Assembly (NCBI RefSeq): GCF_004010195.1
Contig: NC_057719.1
Span: 34,310,158-34,373,084 of the forward strand
Length of the DNA stretch: 62,927 nt
Direction of reading: 5' to 3'
Source of the DNA: Chiloscyllium plagiosum
Lineage: Eukaryota
Shown: one piece after another, positions 1 through 11,980 of the stretch
How the letters are laid out: each line of letters opens with the position of its first letter
Position numbering within the stretch: position 1 is the first letter of the stretch
The notes under the pieces: generated by a model
Databases searched by the model: none
What the model was told of the DNA's origin: nothing
What the model saw: only the letters and a program-made list of their open reading frames with translations
Position numbers and translations under genes: made by a program

Positions 1-395
1 ATTCTTGATCCTGGCACCAGGGAAACAACACACCATTCTGCTTTTTCTCTGCTGGCCACAGAAACGTCTGTCTGTACCTTGGACTACAGAATCCCCTAAC
101 ACAATTGATCTCTTGGAAGCCGACGTACCCCTCGTTGCATTAGAGCCAGTTTCAATACCAGAAACTTGGCTGTTCGTGCTACGTTCCCCTGAGAATCCAT
201 CACCCCCTACATTTTCCAAAACAGCATACCTGTTTGAAATGGATATACCCACAAAAGACTCCTGCTCTAGCTGCCTACCTCTCTTACCCTTCCTGGAGTT
301 AACCCGTGTAAGTGACTGTATCTGAGACTTTCCCCCCCTTTCTATAACTGCCATCCATCACATACTGTAGCTGTTGCAAATTCCTCATCGCTTCT
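1..395 (-). mobile_element. CR1 LINE ORF1 fragment (SGNH/GDSL esterase domain)
   Basis: Minus-strand translation ...SNRYAVLE...KRSIVLGDSVVQGTDRRFCGQQRKSRMVCCFPGARIKN has the GDS motif typical of CR1 ORF1 esterases; runs off the window edge. Confidence 0.85.
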
Positions 396-399
396 ATTT

Positions 400-1340
400 G
401 GAATTGAATGCTATATCTCCAAATTTACAAATGACACTGAGCTGGGTGTGTGTGCTGTGAAGAGTACGTTAAGAGGGTGAGTTGGACAGACTGGCTGAGT
501 GGGCAAATACTTGGCAAATGCAATATAACGTGGATAATTGTGAAGTTATTCGCTTTGGTCACAAAAACAGGAAGGCAGATTATTATCTGAATGGTGACAG
601 TCGAGGAAAAGGTGAGGTGCAATGAGACCTGGGTGTCATGGTGGAACAGTCACTGAAGGATGGCATGCAGGTGCAGCAGGCAGTGAGGAAAGTTAATGTC
701 ATGCTGGCTTTCATAGTGAGAGAATGTGAGTATCAGAGTAAGGATATCTTACTGCAGTTATACAGGACTTTGGTGAAGCCACACCTTGAGTATTGAGTGT
801 AGTTTTGGTCTCCTAGTCTGAGGAAGGACATTCTTACTGTTGAGGGAATTCAGCATAAGTTCACCAGACTGATTCCCAGGGTGGCAGGACTGATATATGA
901 GGAAAGATTGGCTAAACTAAACTTGTACTTGCTGGAATTTAGAAGAATGAGGTGGGATCTCACAGAAACATATTAAATCCTGATGGGACTGAACAGGCTA
1001 GATGCAGAAAAAAATGATCCCAATATTGTGGAAGTCCAGGACTAGGGATCACATCTAAGAATAAGGGATAAGCCATTCAGGACTACGATGAGGAAGAATT
1101 TCTTCACTCAAAGAGTTGTGAACCTGTGGAATTCTTCCCCACAGGAAGCTGTCAGGGCCAGTTTGGTAGATATATTCAATAGGGAGCTGATTGTGGCCTT
1201 TGTGGCTAAAGGAATCAAGGGGTAAGGGGAGAGGGTGGGGATGGGATACTGAGATTGCATGATCAGCCATGACTATATTGGATTGTGGTGCAGAATCCAA
1301 GGGCCGAATGGCCTACACCTGCACTTATTTTCTATGTTTT
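400..1340 (+). mobile_element. Decayed CR1 LINE 3' part (RT C-terminus and 3' UTR)
   Basis: Degenerate CR1 ORF2 motifs ([30 protein letters not shown]) and CR1 tail gggccgaatggcctacacctgcac...ttctatgtt. Confidence 0.85.
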
Positions 1341-1715
1341 TTATAAGCCACGACTGGTGATGAACATTGTGTAATCATTGGCAAACATCCCCATTTCTGA
1401 CCTTATCATGGACGGAAAGTCATTGATGAAGCAGCTGAAGATGGTTGGGCCTAGGACACTACTCTGAGGGACTCCTGCAGAGATGTCCTGGAGCTGAAAT
1501 GACTGACTTCCAACCACCACAGCCATCTTCCTTCATGCCAGGTAAAAGTCCAACCAATGGAGAGTTTTCTTCCATTTCTCATGGATTCCACTTTTGCTGC
1601 AGCTCCTTGGTGCCATATTGGTCTGATACGAATCTGATTCTCACCACAATTCTGGAATTCAGCTCTTTGTCTATATTTGAAATAAGGTTGTGATGAGGTC
1701 AGGAAGTGAGTATCC
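1341..1715 (-). mobile_element. CR1/L2-clade LINE RT fragment
   Basis: ORF 1341..1526 GVPQSSVLGPTIFSCFIND...MFAND matches RT motifs [10 protein letters not shown] and FADD. Confidence 0.8.
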
Positions 1716-2199
1716 TACTGCTTTCATTTTTGGTAATGGTACTACACAACTCACTATCACTTGACTAAATGGCTTTTCAAAAGCTGGTCTCGGTATCAAC
1801 AGTGCTGGTCTGATTACATGCTAAGGTTTTCCTACCACCTCAGTGCTTTACAGAACTGTGGGACATCATTATGAAGTTCTGGCTGTGTAAAATACTTGTT
1901 TATCAATGCCTCTGCTTTCTATATTCCTCTATACTTTGCCATTGAATCTTTACAAGTCTGTGTAGTTCTACAAAGAGTAGAATAATATCTACTCTTTATC
2001 AAAATGTTTGTGAGGATGTCTCTACTTCCTCAACACCGCTCCATTTTGAACATAATTGCACTCGAAAACCCCTTTGGTCTCAGTTTCAGTTTGAGCTGTA
2101 AGTGCTAACTTACTTCACTCTGGATCTGCTTCCTAATCCTCAATTAATGAAAACATGCCAAACACCAAATGCCTCCTTCTTAAATACAGTTTCAGCTAT

Positions 2200-2720
2200 C
2201 CTAAAGTCTGCTTAACTCAGACTCTCCCTCCTAGAGCCTGGACCAACATCTGACATCCTCTGTTTCAGCTGTTTCATTTTAAGTTACATTCTTGTTCTAC
2301 CTTTCGCTTGTGCTTCTAATTCAAGTTTCCCCATTTCTACTGCCTGTCTTTTCACTTCAAGTTCCTATTTTCTTCATTGCATCTCCCTTTCTTTCTGTTG
2401 ACGTGACCTTTTTCTTGTCTCTTTTTTTCCCTTTGGAATTCCACCTTCAGCTTTTTCATTCATTTCTCCTACTCAGCTGCTTTAACTCTAAGTGAGTATC
2501 ACCCCGTTCCAAATTTTCACTGCCTGGAGAACTCTTCTTTTACATTTTCTCTAAACCTAAATGTCATGCTTGGATTTCAATCACCTCTGCCTTATTAGTT
2601 CTGTCAGGCAAAGATACCTCCAGTTTACCTACCAAGTCTTCCGAGCTTGGTGTTGAAATTTCCTTTCAGACTGCCAGGAACACCTCTGTCACCTGCAGGA
2701 AATTTTACCATGTTATGTCT
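2200..2720 (-). mobile_element. Decayed Gypsy-type gag N-terminus / coiled coil
   Basis: Minus frame FLQVTEV...KLEVSLPDRTNKAEVIEIQA*HLGLE...LELKQL...MKKLKVEFQREKKRQEK with stops resembles vertebrate Gypsy gag N-termini. Recognised from memory, not by search. Confidence 0.5.
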
Positions 2721-2885
2721 AAATGCAATATAGTATCTGATGTTTTCCTTCACCTGTACTATTTACCAATAACAGACCTAAATCAACTTTGCCTCTGTTT
2801 CCAATTCAATCCAATCTGAATTGAAATCCATTCCCAGATCAGCACACTGTAAATCGAGTCCTGCCATTCTCAGAGGTGTATCAAA

Positions 2886-3539
2886 TGTTAATGGTGTTCT
2901 TTCAGTACCCAATTTGCCTGATTTTCAGACCAAGGTTAGTAGAAGATATGGATCAAACTTCTGTGCTACAGATAAATATATATAAACCATTGGCATATAA
3001 CACTATTAAGTAAACATGTAACCCCTTACAAACTGTTTTTACACACACACACATATGGAAATTGACAAAGGTTTTTAAAAACTGAAAAGTCAGGCCTGTG
3101 ATTTTTGCTTTATGATTCCAATGTTGAGATCGTCCTTCTTCAGCTAACTAGGCCCTTAATATTCAGTTGCCTTTCTCTGAAAGCTTCCATTTGTTCTGTA
3201 AGAAGTAGGAGCAGGATTCTGTAAGAGTAAATAGCTTATGCTTGGAAAATAACTGTACACTTCTCTGTCTTTCTGTCTCTCTCTTTGCATGTCTGTGTCT
3301 CTGTAGGTTGTTCCCGGTTCGAACTGGATCAGTTAGCAGAGAACCAATCAGCTTCTCTTATGAACAACTCCTCAGCTCCTGACTGTATGCATATTTTAGG
3401 AACCCTTAATACAAAAAACAAATTCCATGCTGTAAAATTATGCAGCCATCCTGATAAATCCCTGTTTTTAAGAAGAATTCCTTTTCATTGCTGTGAACAG
3501 TTTTTAATGATTGACAAACACAAATACATAGCTCTTACA
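2886..3539 (-). mobile_element. Putative LTR adjoining the gag relic
   Basis: TGT...ACA ends; lies directly upstream (minus strand) of the gag-like segment; ends uncertain. Confidence 0.35.
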
Positions 3540-3775
3540 GCAAACAAATCTTGTTAGTTTCCCAGCCTTGAAAATCTATCTGCTTCTCTTTTGAATTGAC
3601 ATTTAATGCACAAGTTATTGCAAAGGATGATGATTCCTTGCAAACGGCAGCACCTCCTAGTAGCTAATCTACTGCTTTGTTTTCACAATTTATACTAGGA
3701 TAACTTGATCTCTATTTCGCTCAAATATTTTGCCCTCTTGAATAGTGTATATTTTTAAAGACCTTGATCAAATAA

Positions 3776-5460
3776 GACCATAAAATATAGGAGCAGAAAT
3801 TAGGCCATTCAGCCCATTGGGTCTGCTTCACCATTCAATCATGGCTGATAAGTTTCCCAATTCCATTGTCCTGCTTTCTCCCTGTAACCCTTGATCGCTT
3901 GACAATCACGAACCTATCTATTTCTATCTTAAGTATATTCAATGACCTGGCCTCCACAATCATCTGTGGCAGTTGACTCCAAAACTTCACCACTCACTGG
4001 ATGAAGAAGATTTTCCTTATCTCTGATCTCAAAGATATTCCCTTTACTCTAAGGCTGTCCCCTCAGGTCCTAGTTTGTCCTAGCAATGGAAACATCTTCC
4101 CAATATCCATGCTGTCCAGGCCATTCAGTATTCTGTGCATTTCTATTAGATTGCCCCTCATCCTTCTTAACTCCATCGAGTAGTCCTCAAACATTCCTCA
4201 AATGTTAAGCTTTTCATTTCTGGGACCATTCTCATGAACCTCCTCTGAACACGCTCTAAGGCCAATGCAACATTCCTGAGATATGGGGCCTAAAACTGCA
4301 CACAATACTCCAAATGTGGGTCTGATCAGAGCCTTATGGAGCCTCAGAAGTACATCTCTGCTTTTATATTCAAGTCTTCTCAAAATAAATGCCACCGTTG
4401 CATTTGCCTTCCTAACTACTGACTCAACCTGCAGGTTTACCTTGAGAGAATCCTGGACTAGAACTCCCAAGTCTTTTTGCACTTCAGATTTCTGAATTTT
4501 CTCCCCATTTAAAAAATACTCCATGCCTGTATTCTTCCTACCAAAGTGCATGATGTCACACTTTCCCACATTATATTCCATCTGCCACTTCTTTGCCCAC
4601 TTTCCTAATCTGTCGAAATCCTTCTGCAGCTTCCCTGACTCCTCAATGCTCCCTGCCCCTCTACCTATCTTTGTATCATCTGCAAACTCAGCCAGAATTC
4701 CCTCAGTTCCTTCATCTAGATCATTAATGTATAAAGTGAAAAGTTGTGGTCCCAACACTGAGCCTTGTGGAACACCACTTGTCACCGACTGCCATCCTGA
4801 GAAGGAGCCTTTATCCCCACTCTCTGCTTTCTGCCAGACAACCAAGCTTCTATCCATGCTAGCACCTTGCCTCGGATACCATGGGTCCTTATCTTACTCA
4901 GTACTGACCTGTGTGGCACCTTGTCAAAGGCCTTCTTGAAGTTAATATCCATTGGCTCTCCCTGGTCTAAAACATTTGTTACTTTCTCAAAGAATTCTTG
5001 CAGATTTGTCAGGCATGACCTCCCCTTGGTGAATCCACATTGACTTTGCCCAATTTTACCATACCCTTCCAACCATTCAGAAAACTAATCCCTCACAATG
5101 GATTCCAGGATCTTACCCACAACCGAGGTTAGGCTAATAGACTGTAATTTTCTGTTTTTTGTCTTATTCCCTTTTTAAACAGGGGCATCACGTTAGCAAT
5201 TTTCTAGTCCTCTGGGACCCTCCCAGACTATGGATCAGTGGTGCTGGAAGAGCAGAATTGTTGTGCTCTTCCAGCACCATTGATCCAGAATCTGGTTTCC
5301 AGCATCTGCGGTCATTGTTTTTCCCTCCCAGACTATAGCAATTCCTGAAAGATCATCACCAACGCTTCCAGTATCTCTGCAGCTACCGCCCTTAGAACTC
5401 TGGGGTGTAGTGCATTTGTTCCAGTTGAGTTATTCACTTTCAGACCATTGGTTTTTCCAG
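3776..5460 (-). mobile_element. CR1 LINE ORF2 (RT) fragment with 3' tail
   Basis: ORF 4198..4857 [22 protein letters not shown]...FADDTK; ORF 4782..5072 GFTKGRSCLTNL...FKKAFDKVPH; frameshifted. Confidence 0.92.
5232..5322. mobile_element. Short fold-back Penelope-like insertion inside CR1
   Basis: 14-bp TSD ccctcccagactat (5218-5231 / 5323-5336); palindrome ggatcagtggtgctggaagagca...tgctcttccagcaccattgatcc. Confidence 0.8.
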
Positions 5461-5779
5461 CAAATCTAATGAATTCTTTTGATCAACTGAAGTAAATAAG
5501 CCCTTCTCTCTCTAAGTTTTATTCTTCTAATGGTATGGATAAATTACTAAGGGCAGATTTAATCAATTCCCTGCTGGGATTAACTCACCTTCAGGCAGAT
5601 AGGTAACGATGTGGTATGTGGACAGCTTGTTACCTTGGTGGAGACTGGTGGTGATCTATCATCAAGAGATAGACATTGGGCAGGGATGTCCCACCACAAA
5701 TCACACACCTGTCCTTACCTCCAACATCCCTGCATCTTCTCCTTACAAGGGTGCTACAAGATCTATGAGGTCACACTTA

Positions 5780-6980
5780 CATAGAACATAGAAAAGTACA
5801 ACATAGAACAGGCCCTTTGGTCCATGGTGTTGTGCCGAGGTTAATCCTAATGTAAAATACAGTAACTTAACCTACATCCCCTCAACTCACTGCTATCCAT
5901 GTGCATGTCCAGCAGTCACTTAAATGTCCCCAATGACTCTGCTTCCACCAACACAGCTGGCAACGCATTCCATGCATTCACAACTCTCTGTGTAAAGAAC
6001 CTACCTCTGACGTCTCCTTTATACCTTCCTCCTAATATCTTCAAACTATGATTCCTCGTACCAGCCAATCCTGCCCTGGGGAAAAATCTCTGGCTATTGA
6101 CTCTGTCTATTCCACTCATTATCTTGTATACCTCAATCAGGTCTCCTCTCTTCCTCCTTCTCCCCAAAGAGAAAAGTCCGAGCTTATTCAACCTTTCTTC
6201 ATAAAGCAAACCCTCCAGTCCAGGCAGCATCCTGGTAAACCTTATTTGCACCCTCTCCAAAGCCTCGGTATCTTTCCTATAGTAGGGTGACCAGAACTGG
6301 ACACAATATTCCAAGTGCAGTCTCACCAGGGACTTGTAAATCTGTAGCAAAACCTCACGGCTCACAAACTCAATCCCCCTGTTAATGAAAGCCATGTTTT
6401 AAAAAAATTCTCAAGGTCAAGGACCAGGCTCGCAGGAAAGTAGTCTGACACAGAACAAACAGCCAAGAGGCGAGTCTGCTAGAATATAAGTGTTTTATTC
6501 CCCGCAGCGTCGCCACAACCAGGTCTCGTACTTACAACGGGTCTGGTTTGTACTCACTCTACGTGTTACCGGAACTGGGAGCCGTCAGTTCTCGTAGAGC
6601 GGTTGCCAACAACCCACGCTCGGCGGTTAAACGCAACCCCGGAGCAGACTCTACCGAACTGGAGACTTTTCCAGCTGATATACTCTTTTCGAGATCTAAA
6701 CATTCATGTGAACAGCAGAGCAAGGCTGAAAAACACATTCCATTCTGGTCACATGCAGATAAGAAGATTCACACAGGAAGGTGTGTAATAAGATTCACAC
6801 GGGACTAAGCGACACCTTCCATTTTCGGTTAGATTCACACATGTATTGGGACACAATTTTAACCCTTTCACCACAAGCCAAAACACCATAAGCTTTCTTA
6901 ATAATCCTATCCACTTGGGTGGCAACTTTGAGGGATCTATGTACTTGCACACCCAGATCCCTATGTTTCTCCATACTTAA
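5780..6980 (-). mobile_element. CR1 LINE 3' part split by a solo LTR
   Basis: ORF 5916..6395 AFINRGIE...HLEYCVQFWSP...FFTQRVVNAWN joins DLGVQVHRSLKV...KKAYGVLA at 6876-6980 once 6395-6875 is removed. Confidence 0.9.
6395..6875 (-). mobile_element. Solo LTR (481 bp), CpG-rich
   Basis: TGT...ACA termini; perfect 5-bp TSD AGCCA (6390-6394 / 6876-6880); minus-strand AATAAA near 6495; three copies of agattcacac (6765, 6791, 6831). Confidence 0.85.
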
Positions 6981-7844
6981 AAGACTTACCTGGAAAGATT
7001 CAAAAGCTGGGTCTATTCTTTTGGAAAGATTAGACTGAGAGGTGACTAATGGAGTTTTTTTAAATTTATGAAATAGTTCAATAGAGTGGACATGGCGAGT
7101 ACGTTTTCCTTTGTGGAGGTTATGCTGATAGATGAGGAGCCGTTTTATTCCCTTATTTACACGACTTCTATGTTACTTGTGTCTTTTACAACTATGTTGT
7201 CTCTAATTAGGACAGCTACTCCACTTCTCTTCTTCCCCTTTCTATCTTTTCTAAATTTGTTGTATGTTTTCTAAATTTTACAATGATCCATAATAATTCT
7301 CATCTTGTCCATAAATAGTAGATTGATGAGGGGACATTTTGCTTGGGAGGCCTCAATATTGATTGTGGGTCACAAGAGACCCAATCAGCTATGTAAAATA
7401 ATAGAGAGCTCAATTGGTACCTCCTGAAATCCAGAAAGTCCAGCCCACCCCTTAGTTGTAGAAGCTGCAGCTTTTCTAATTTAATAAGGGCCGTCTATGA
7501 CTCCAAATAAAGGAGCCGAGCCAACCATAAAGTTTGCGCAGCATCAAAGGGAGCATTTTCATAGGGTATAAAAGTCAAGGTAGAATATTCATCTTAACTA
7601 AAGCTATTCTATCTAGCCAGGATTTTGGGAGATCTTCCCAGTGTTGAAGGTCCTGTCTTATTTTCTCTAATAAGTGTGTATAATTGGCTTTAAACAACTG
7701 ACCAAATAAGTTTCGGCTTCTATAGCCCATGTCTCAGTAATCCCAAATATATTCTTAGATCCTCAAACTATGTTAGTATCTCATTTTCCCCCGTTTTATT
7801 ATAGGCACTGTTTATATTATTGTATTATTGCCATTTTTTTATGA

Positions 7845-8100
7845 GCAACAACAACTTATATTTATAAAGTGCCTTTAACACATCAAAAGACTTCAGCACA
7901 GGAGTGCTTTAAAGCAAATTTAGTCACAGCCACACAAAGCAAAATTAGGGCAAATGGCTTAAAACTTGGTCAAAGGAGTCAGCTTTAAGGAACATTTTCA
8001 AAGAAAGAAAAGGGGTAAAAAGGGATAGTGGTTTAAGGAGGGAATCAGTTTAGGTAGCTGAAAGTACAGCTACCAACACTACAGCAATTAAAATTTGAAA
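7845..8100 (-). mobile_element. Old L2-type LINE/SINE 3' tail
   Basis: aacaacaacttatatttataaagtgcctttaac... is the reverse complement of the typical L2-related 3' end; a similar relic lies at about 14430-14680. Confidence 0.5.
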
Positions 8101-8540
8101 TTCTCAGCAGACCTTCAGTTTTGATGCATCTCTAACTCACCACAGTTCATTGACTGAGCTGGACAGATTTCAGGCTAAGCCATTTCCTGCAGACATGGCA
8201 TTCCCCTTACTACAGTCTTGACCCAAATCTAATCTTGCTGATTTTTATTTGTTTCTAATGGTAGACTGAACTAAAGTCAGGTAGACAGCTTTTGTTAAAA
8301 ACAAACAGTTCATTAATTAATGTTATTTACTCACATTTGGAGATTTTGTTCTGTACTCATGGTGCTGTGGCTTTGTTTTATTTCCTCCTGCATTAGTTTT
8401 ACTATTCAGTCTCTTTAAAAGGCTTGGTTCACTGACAGGCTTCCCACTATTTTTCAAACTAGTTTTGATATTTTTTGTTCTGAATAATTACTTAACTATT
8501 TATTTATAATTAAGTTAAAACAATGGTAAGTTAAATACTT

Positions 8541-8623
8541 GGTGCAACTTTCTCCAGAAAGTGCATTTGTCCGTACCCTGAGCCTGCACTCTGGGGTAGA
8601 ATAACTACCATAAGTGTCCTTCT
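8541..8623 (+). ncRNA. Candidate pre-miRNA-like hairpin, copy 1
   Basis: Stem 8549-8565 pairs with 8585-8600; basal GGTG/TACC pairing; ungapped 83-bp paralog at 9074-9156. Strand uncertain. Confidence 0.35.
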
Positions 8624-8840
8624 GAAACTGTTCCTGTTCTCATTCCTCTTAACCATTAACCTGGGCCATACATAACAGCAAATCGATTACCACATAGTCA
8701 TAGTCATAGTGTCATACTTCGATCCAACTTGTCCATGCCAACCAGGTTCCCTAAACTGAACTAGTCCCATTTTCCTGCATTTGGCCCATATCCCTCTAAA
8801 CCTTTCCTATTTATGTAATATCTCCTCTATTTGTAAATTC

Positions 8841-8900
8841 GGGATGTTCTGTTACTTAGCATACTGCAGGCACTTTGTGAGTAAGGTAACTTCACATCTC
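8841..8900 (+). ncRNA. Candidate hairpin whose 3' arm is related to copies 1 and 2
   Basis: GGGATGT/ACATCTC, GTTAC/GTAAC, TTA/TAA and CATA/TGTG stems; 3' arm gcactttgtgagtaaggtaact resembles gcactttggagtggaataact. Confidence 0.25.
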
Positions 8901-9073
8901 AACCGTCTCTGTACAAACACGGAATATGACAGAAAGCGGGACCTAATGAATCACTACCATAGTTCAAACTGGCATTTGCTTTGGTTACTTAAATTCAAGC
9001 AATAACATACTTGACTATTTTATAAACCTTTGTTGAAAAATCTGAACATTTCTACACCTTAGATAAACATTAA

Positions 9074-9156
9074 GGTGCAACTTCCTTCCGAAAGTTCATT
9101 TGTCCTTACAATGGGCCTGCACTTTGGAGTGGAATAACTACCATAAGTCTCCTTCT
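9074..9156 (+). ncRNA. Candidate pre-miRNA-like hairpin, copy 2
   Basis: TTCCTTCCGAAAGTTCA pairs with TGCACTTTGGAGTGGAA; inner GTCC/GGGC stem with 7-nt loop; 71/83 identical to 8541-8623. Confidence 0.35.
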
Positions 9157-10919
9157 TATCAAATTCCAATGTACTATTGCACCCCGCAAAAAAAAACACA
9201 GCACAAATATATTGAAAGGTCAGGAGGTAGTCCTTATACATTCAGTTAGTTTAATGCAACAACTATATGTGCATATTAGGTATTTAAAAACAAGATGTTG
9301 ATACAATTGCTGTACACAGCTGTAAGTAAGTAGTACCTGGTATATATGTACATCCATGCAACAAGGATCAACAATGTGGTTATACGTTATAGAAATAAGA
9401 CCATGTTGAAAATGTGCAGAATGTCCATTATTTCCATTATGTCAACCAATGTGTTGGAACCTCTGGCAGGGCTTGCAAAAAATAGTGCATTTAATAACAA
9501 AGTCTATTCACTGAGTTTATAAAATCAAAAGAACTTCAACTATACAAAAAAAACAGAACTCAGCAAATTTTCCAGACAAAAACAGCAACATTTCCAGCAA
9601 ATAGTGTAAGAAGATTTTTTAATTCTCAATGACCAATAAATGAATCACACAATGAGGTTTAAAGCCTTAAGATCTTTACCATAACAAACTTGAAGGAACA
9701 TTCACAAGCATTACTTAGTAAGTAAGTAAAACTCTTAACTTCAGTTAAAAAAAAGTTTATTAATGTTTTTAATGTCAATGATAATTGAACAAAGCATAAA
9801 TGTTTGACGTTGTTGATTTTCCTGCTCCGCGGATGCTGCCTGACCTGCTGTGCTTTTCCAGCACCACTCTGATCTAAATTGTGCATGCACCTGCAACTCA
9901 GTTCAGTTCACAGAAATCTTCTAATCAATCTGTTCAGAAATGTTATTACGTTCCTCTGAAACAGGTGGGACTTGAACCTGTGCTCACTGGTTCAAAGATA
10001 GGGACACTACTGCTGTGCGACAAGAGAATAAATATATTATATAACATGCTGTCTATGGGATTACAACCCTTATCCAAACCAGTCCACTGTAACAGGTTCA
10101 CTGCACCTGGGACCAACCCACAGCCCTCCAGAATTGACTTTAATCCTCTGTAATATTTCCACCAAGGAAAGATTCTATGGAGATTGTTCCATCTGTCTTC
10201 TCAGCTCACACTGCTGACTGTATCTGCCACAGCCTCTGCACAAACCACTATAGATTTCTTCCACTAATTGCAAGCCAGAACAAATTTTCCAGCTGCCAAA
10301 CACAGACTGAGCTGCCTGCTTCTGTCAATAAATGGACAGGAATATATGAAATAATGGAACCTTTACATGAAGGTTCCATGCTGAATCATCATCTCTATGG
10401 CAATGACGCACGCACACACACACAAAACTAACTTTTAATTCCAAAGTTGTCCTTTATTCTGGAAAACCTTATGATTAACCTCCACATCTAAAAAGAGTTT
10501 TATGGTCCTTGTTCTCAGAAATTTGAGTTGAAGCTTCTTTGTTGGAGAAAATGATAATTATTCAGCTGTAACAGTAGATCCAGAAATGGGTCATCAATTG
10601 TTTAAGTTGTCTTCACTGTTAACTCTAAGCTTGCAAGATAAAAATAGGTTAGCTTTTCAACTGAATTTAACTCGAAGCTTAACTCAGTTGTCTTTACTTC
10701 AGATTTGCTTAACAGTTTCTCAAACAGTTAACCCCATGTTTCCACATTTATACCTTTAATTTCCAAAACCAGAAGTTAGATCTAAAACATATGAATTATG
10801 GATGAGCTAATTGGAACAAAATAAATATCTGCATTGATACTTTCACATATGATTACTGACATTAAGCTAATGGATCTATAGTTAAGCAGGTCCTATTTTA
10901 TCATCCTAAAGAGAGTAAC

Positions 10920-11980
10920 AGCAACAATCCTTGACATGAAGGCCACATTCGACCAAGTGTGACATCAAGGAGCCTTAGTAAAACAGGAATCAATGGATAT
11001 CAAGGGCAAACTCTCTGCCAAACACTAGAGTCACACCTAGCACAAAGGAAGATGGTTGTGGTTGTTGGAGGTCAGTCATCTCTGCATGAATTCCTCAGAA
11101 TAATATCCTTAGCCAACCATCTTCAGTTACTTCATCACTGACCTTCCCTCCATCACAAGGTCAGAAGTGGGGATATTCGCCAATGTCTGGACAATGTTCA
11201 GCCCCAACCATGGTTCCTTACATACTGAAGTAATCCATGCTCAAATGCAGCAATGCGGGTCATTATCCTTGTTCTGACAACTGGTAAGTAACATTCATGC
11301 TACACAAATGCCAGGTATTAACCATCTTCAACAAGAGAAAATATAGCCATTGTCTCTTAACATTCAATTGCCATCACTGAATCCCCCACTATCAACATTC
11401 TATGGGTTACAGTTAGCCAGAAACTTAGCTGCAATTGTCCATAAACATAGTGACAACAAGAGCAGGTCAGAGGCCAGCAAGTAAATCACCTCGTGATCTA
11501 CAAGTCAGGATTGTGATGGGATATTACCCACTTGCCAGAATGGGTGCAACACCAACAATACTCAAGGAGCTTGATACCATCCAAGACAAAGCAGCCCACT
11601 TGATTGGCACAACATCCGTAAGCATCCAGTGCCTCCAGCACCAACTATCAGTAGCAGCAATGTGTACTGTCTACCAGATGCACTGCAGAAATTGTGCTGC
11701 ATGACCACTTCCATTTAGAAAGACAGGGCAGTAGCTACATGAGAACACAACCAAATTCAAGTTCCTCACCAAGCCATTCACCATCCTGACTTGGAAATAT
11801 ATTGCCATTCCTTCACTGTCGCTGGGTCAAAATCCTGGAATTTCCTCCGTAATGTCATTGTGGGTCAACCTGCAGTAGGTGGACTGCAGCAGTTCAGGAG
11901 GCAGCTCACTACCACACTTCCATGGGCCTTCATTGGCCAGCCAGCAATGCTCATATTCCATGAGTGCATAAATAAAAATA
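10920..11980 (+). mobile_element. Decayed CR1/L2-clade LINE 3' part
   Basis: LDMKATFDQV*HQGAL, QRKMVVVVGGQSS, LDTIQDKAAHLIG motifs and A-rich tail. Same family occurs at about 30190-30680 (-), 34220-34500 (-), 49200-51020 (+) and 58600-59310 (+). Confidence 0.8.

Noticed and set aside
6430..6700. Host CpG-island promoter / first exon
   Set aside because: Lies within a TG..CA element with a 5-bp TSD that splits a CR1 reading frame, so it is a solo LTR.
8558..8605. Assignment to miR-430 or miR-183 families
   Set aside because: Only patchy similarity (AAAGTGC, GGTAGAAT); arm position and seed do not match, and AAAGTGC is not kept in copy 2.
8541..9156. Duplicated coding exons (TYGSYSTPxCR on minus, or TM-like PALWxxITTIS on plus)
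   Set aside because: Most differences are non-synonymous in the frames examined and no matching splice sites are shared; RNA structure explains the pattern better. Not fully excluded.
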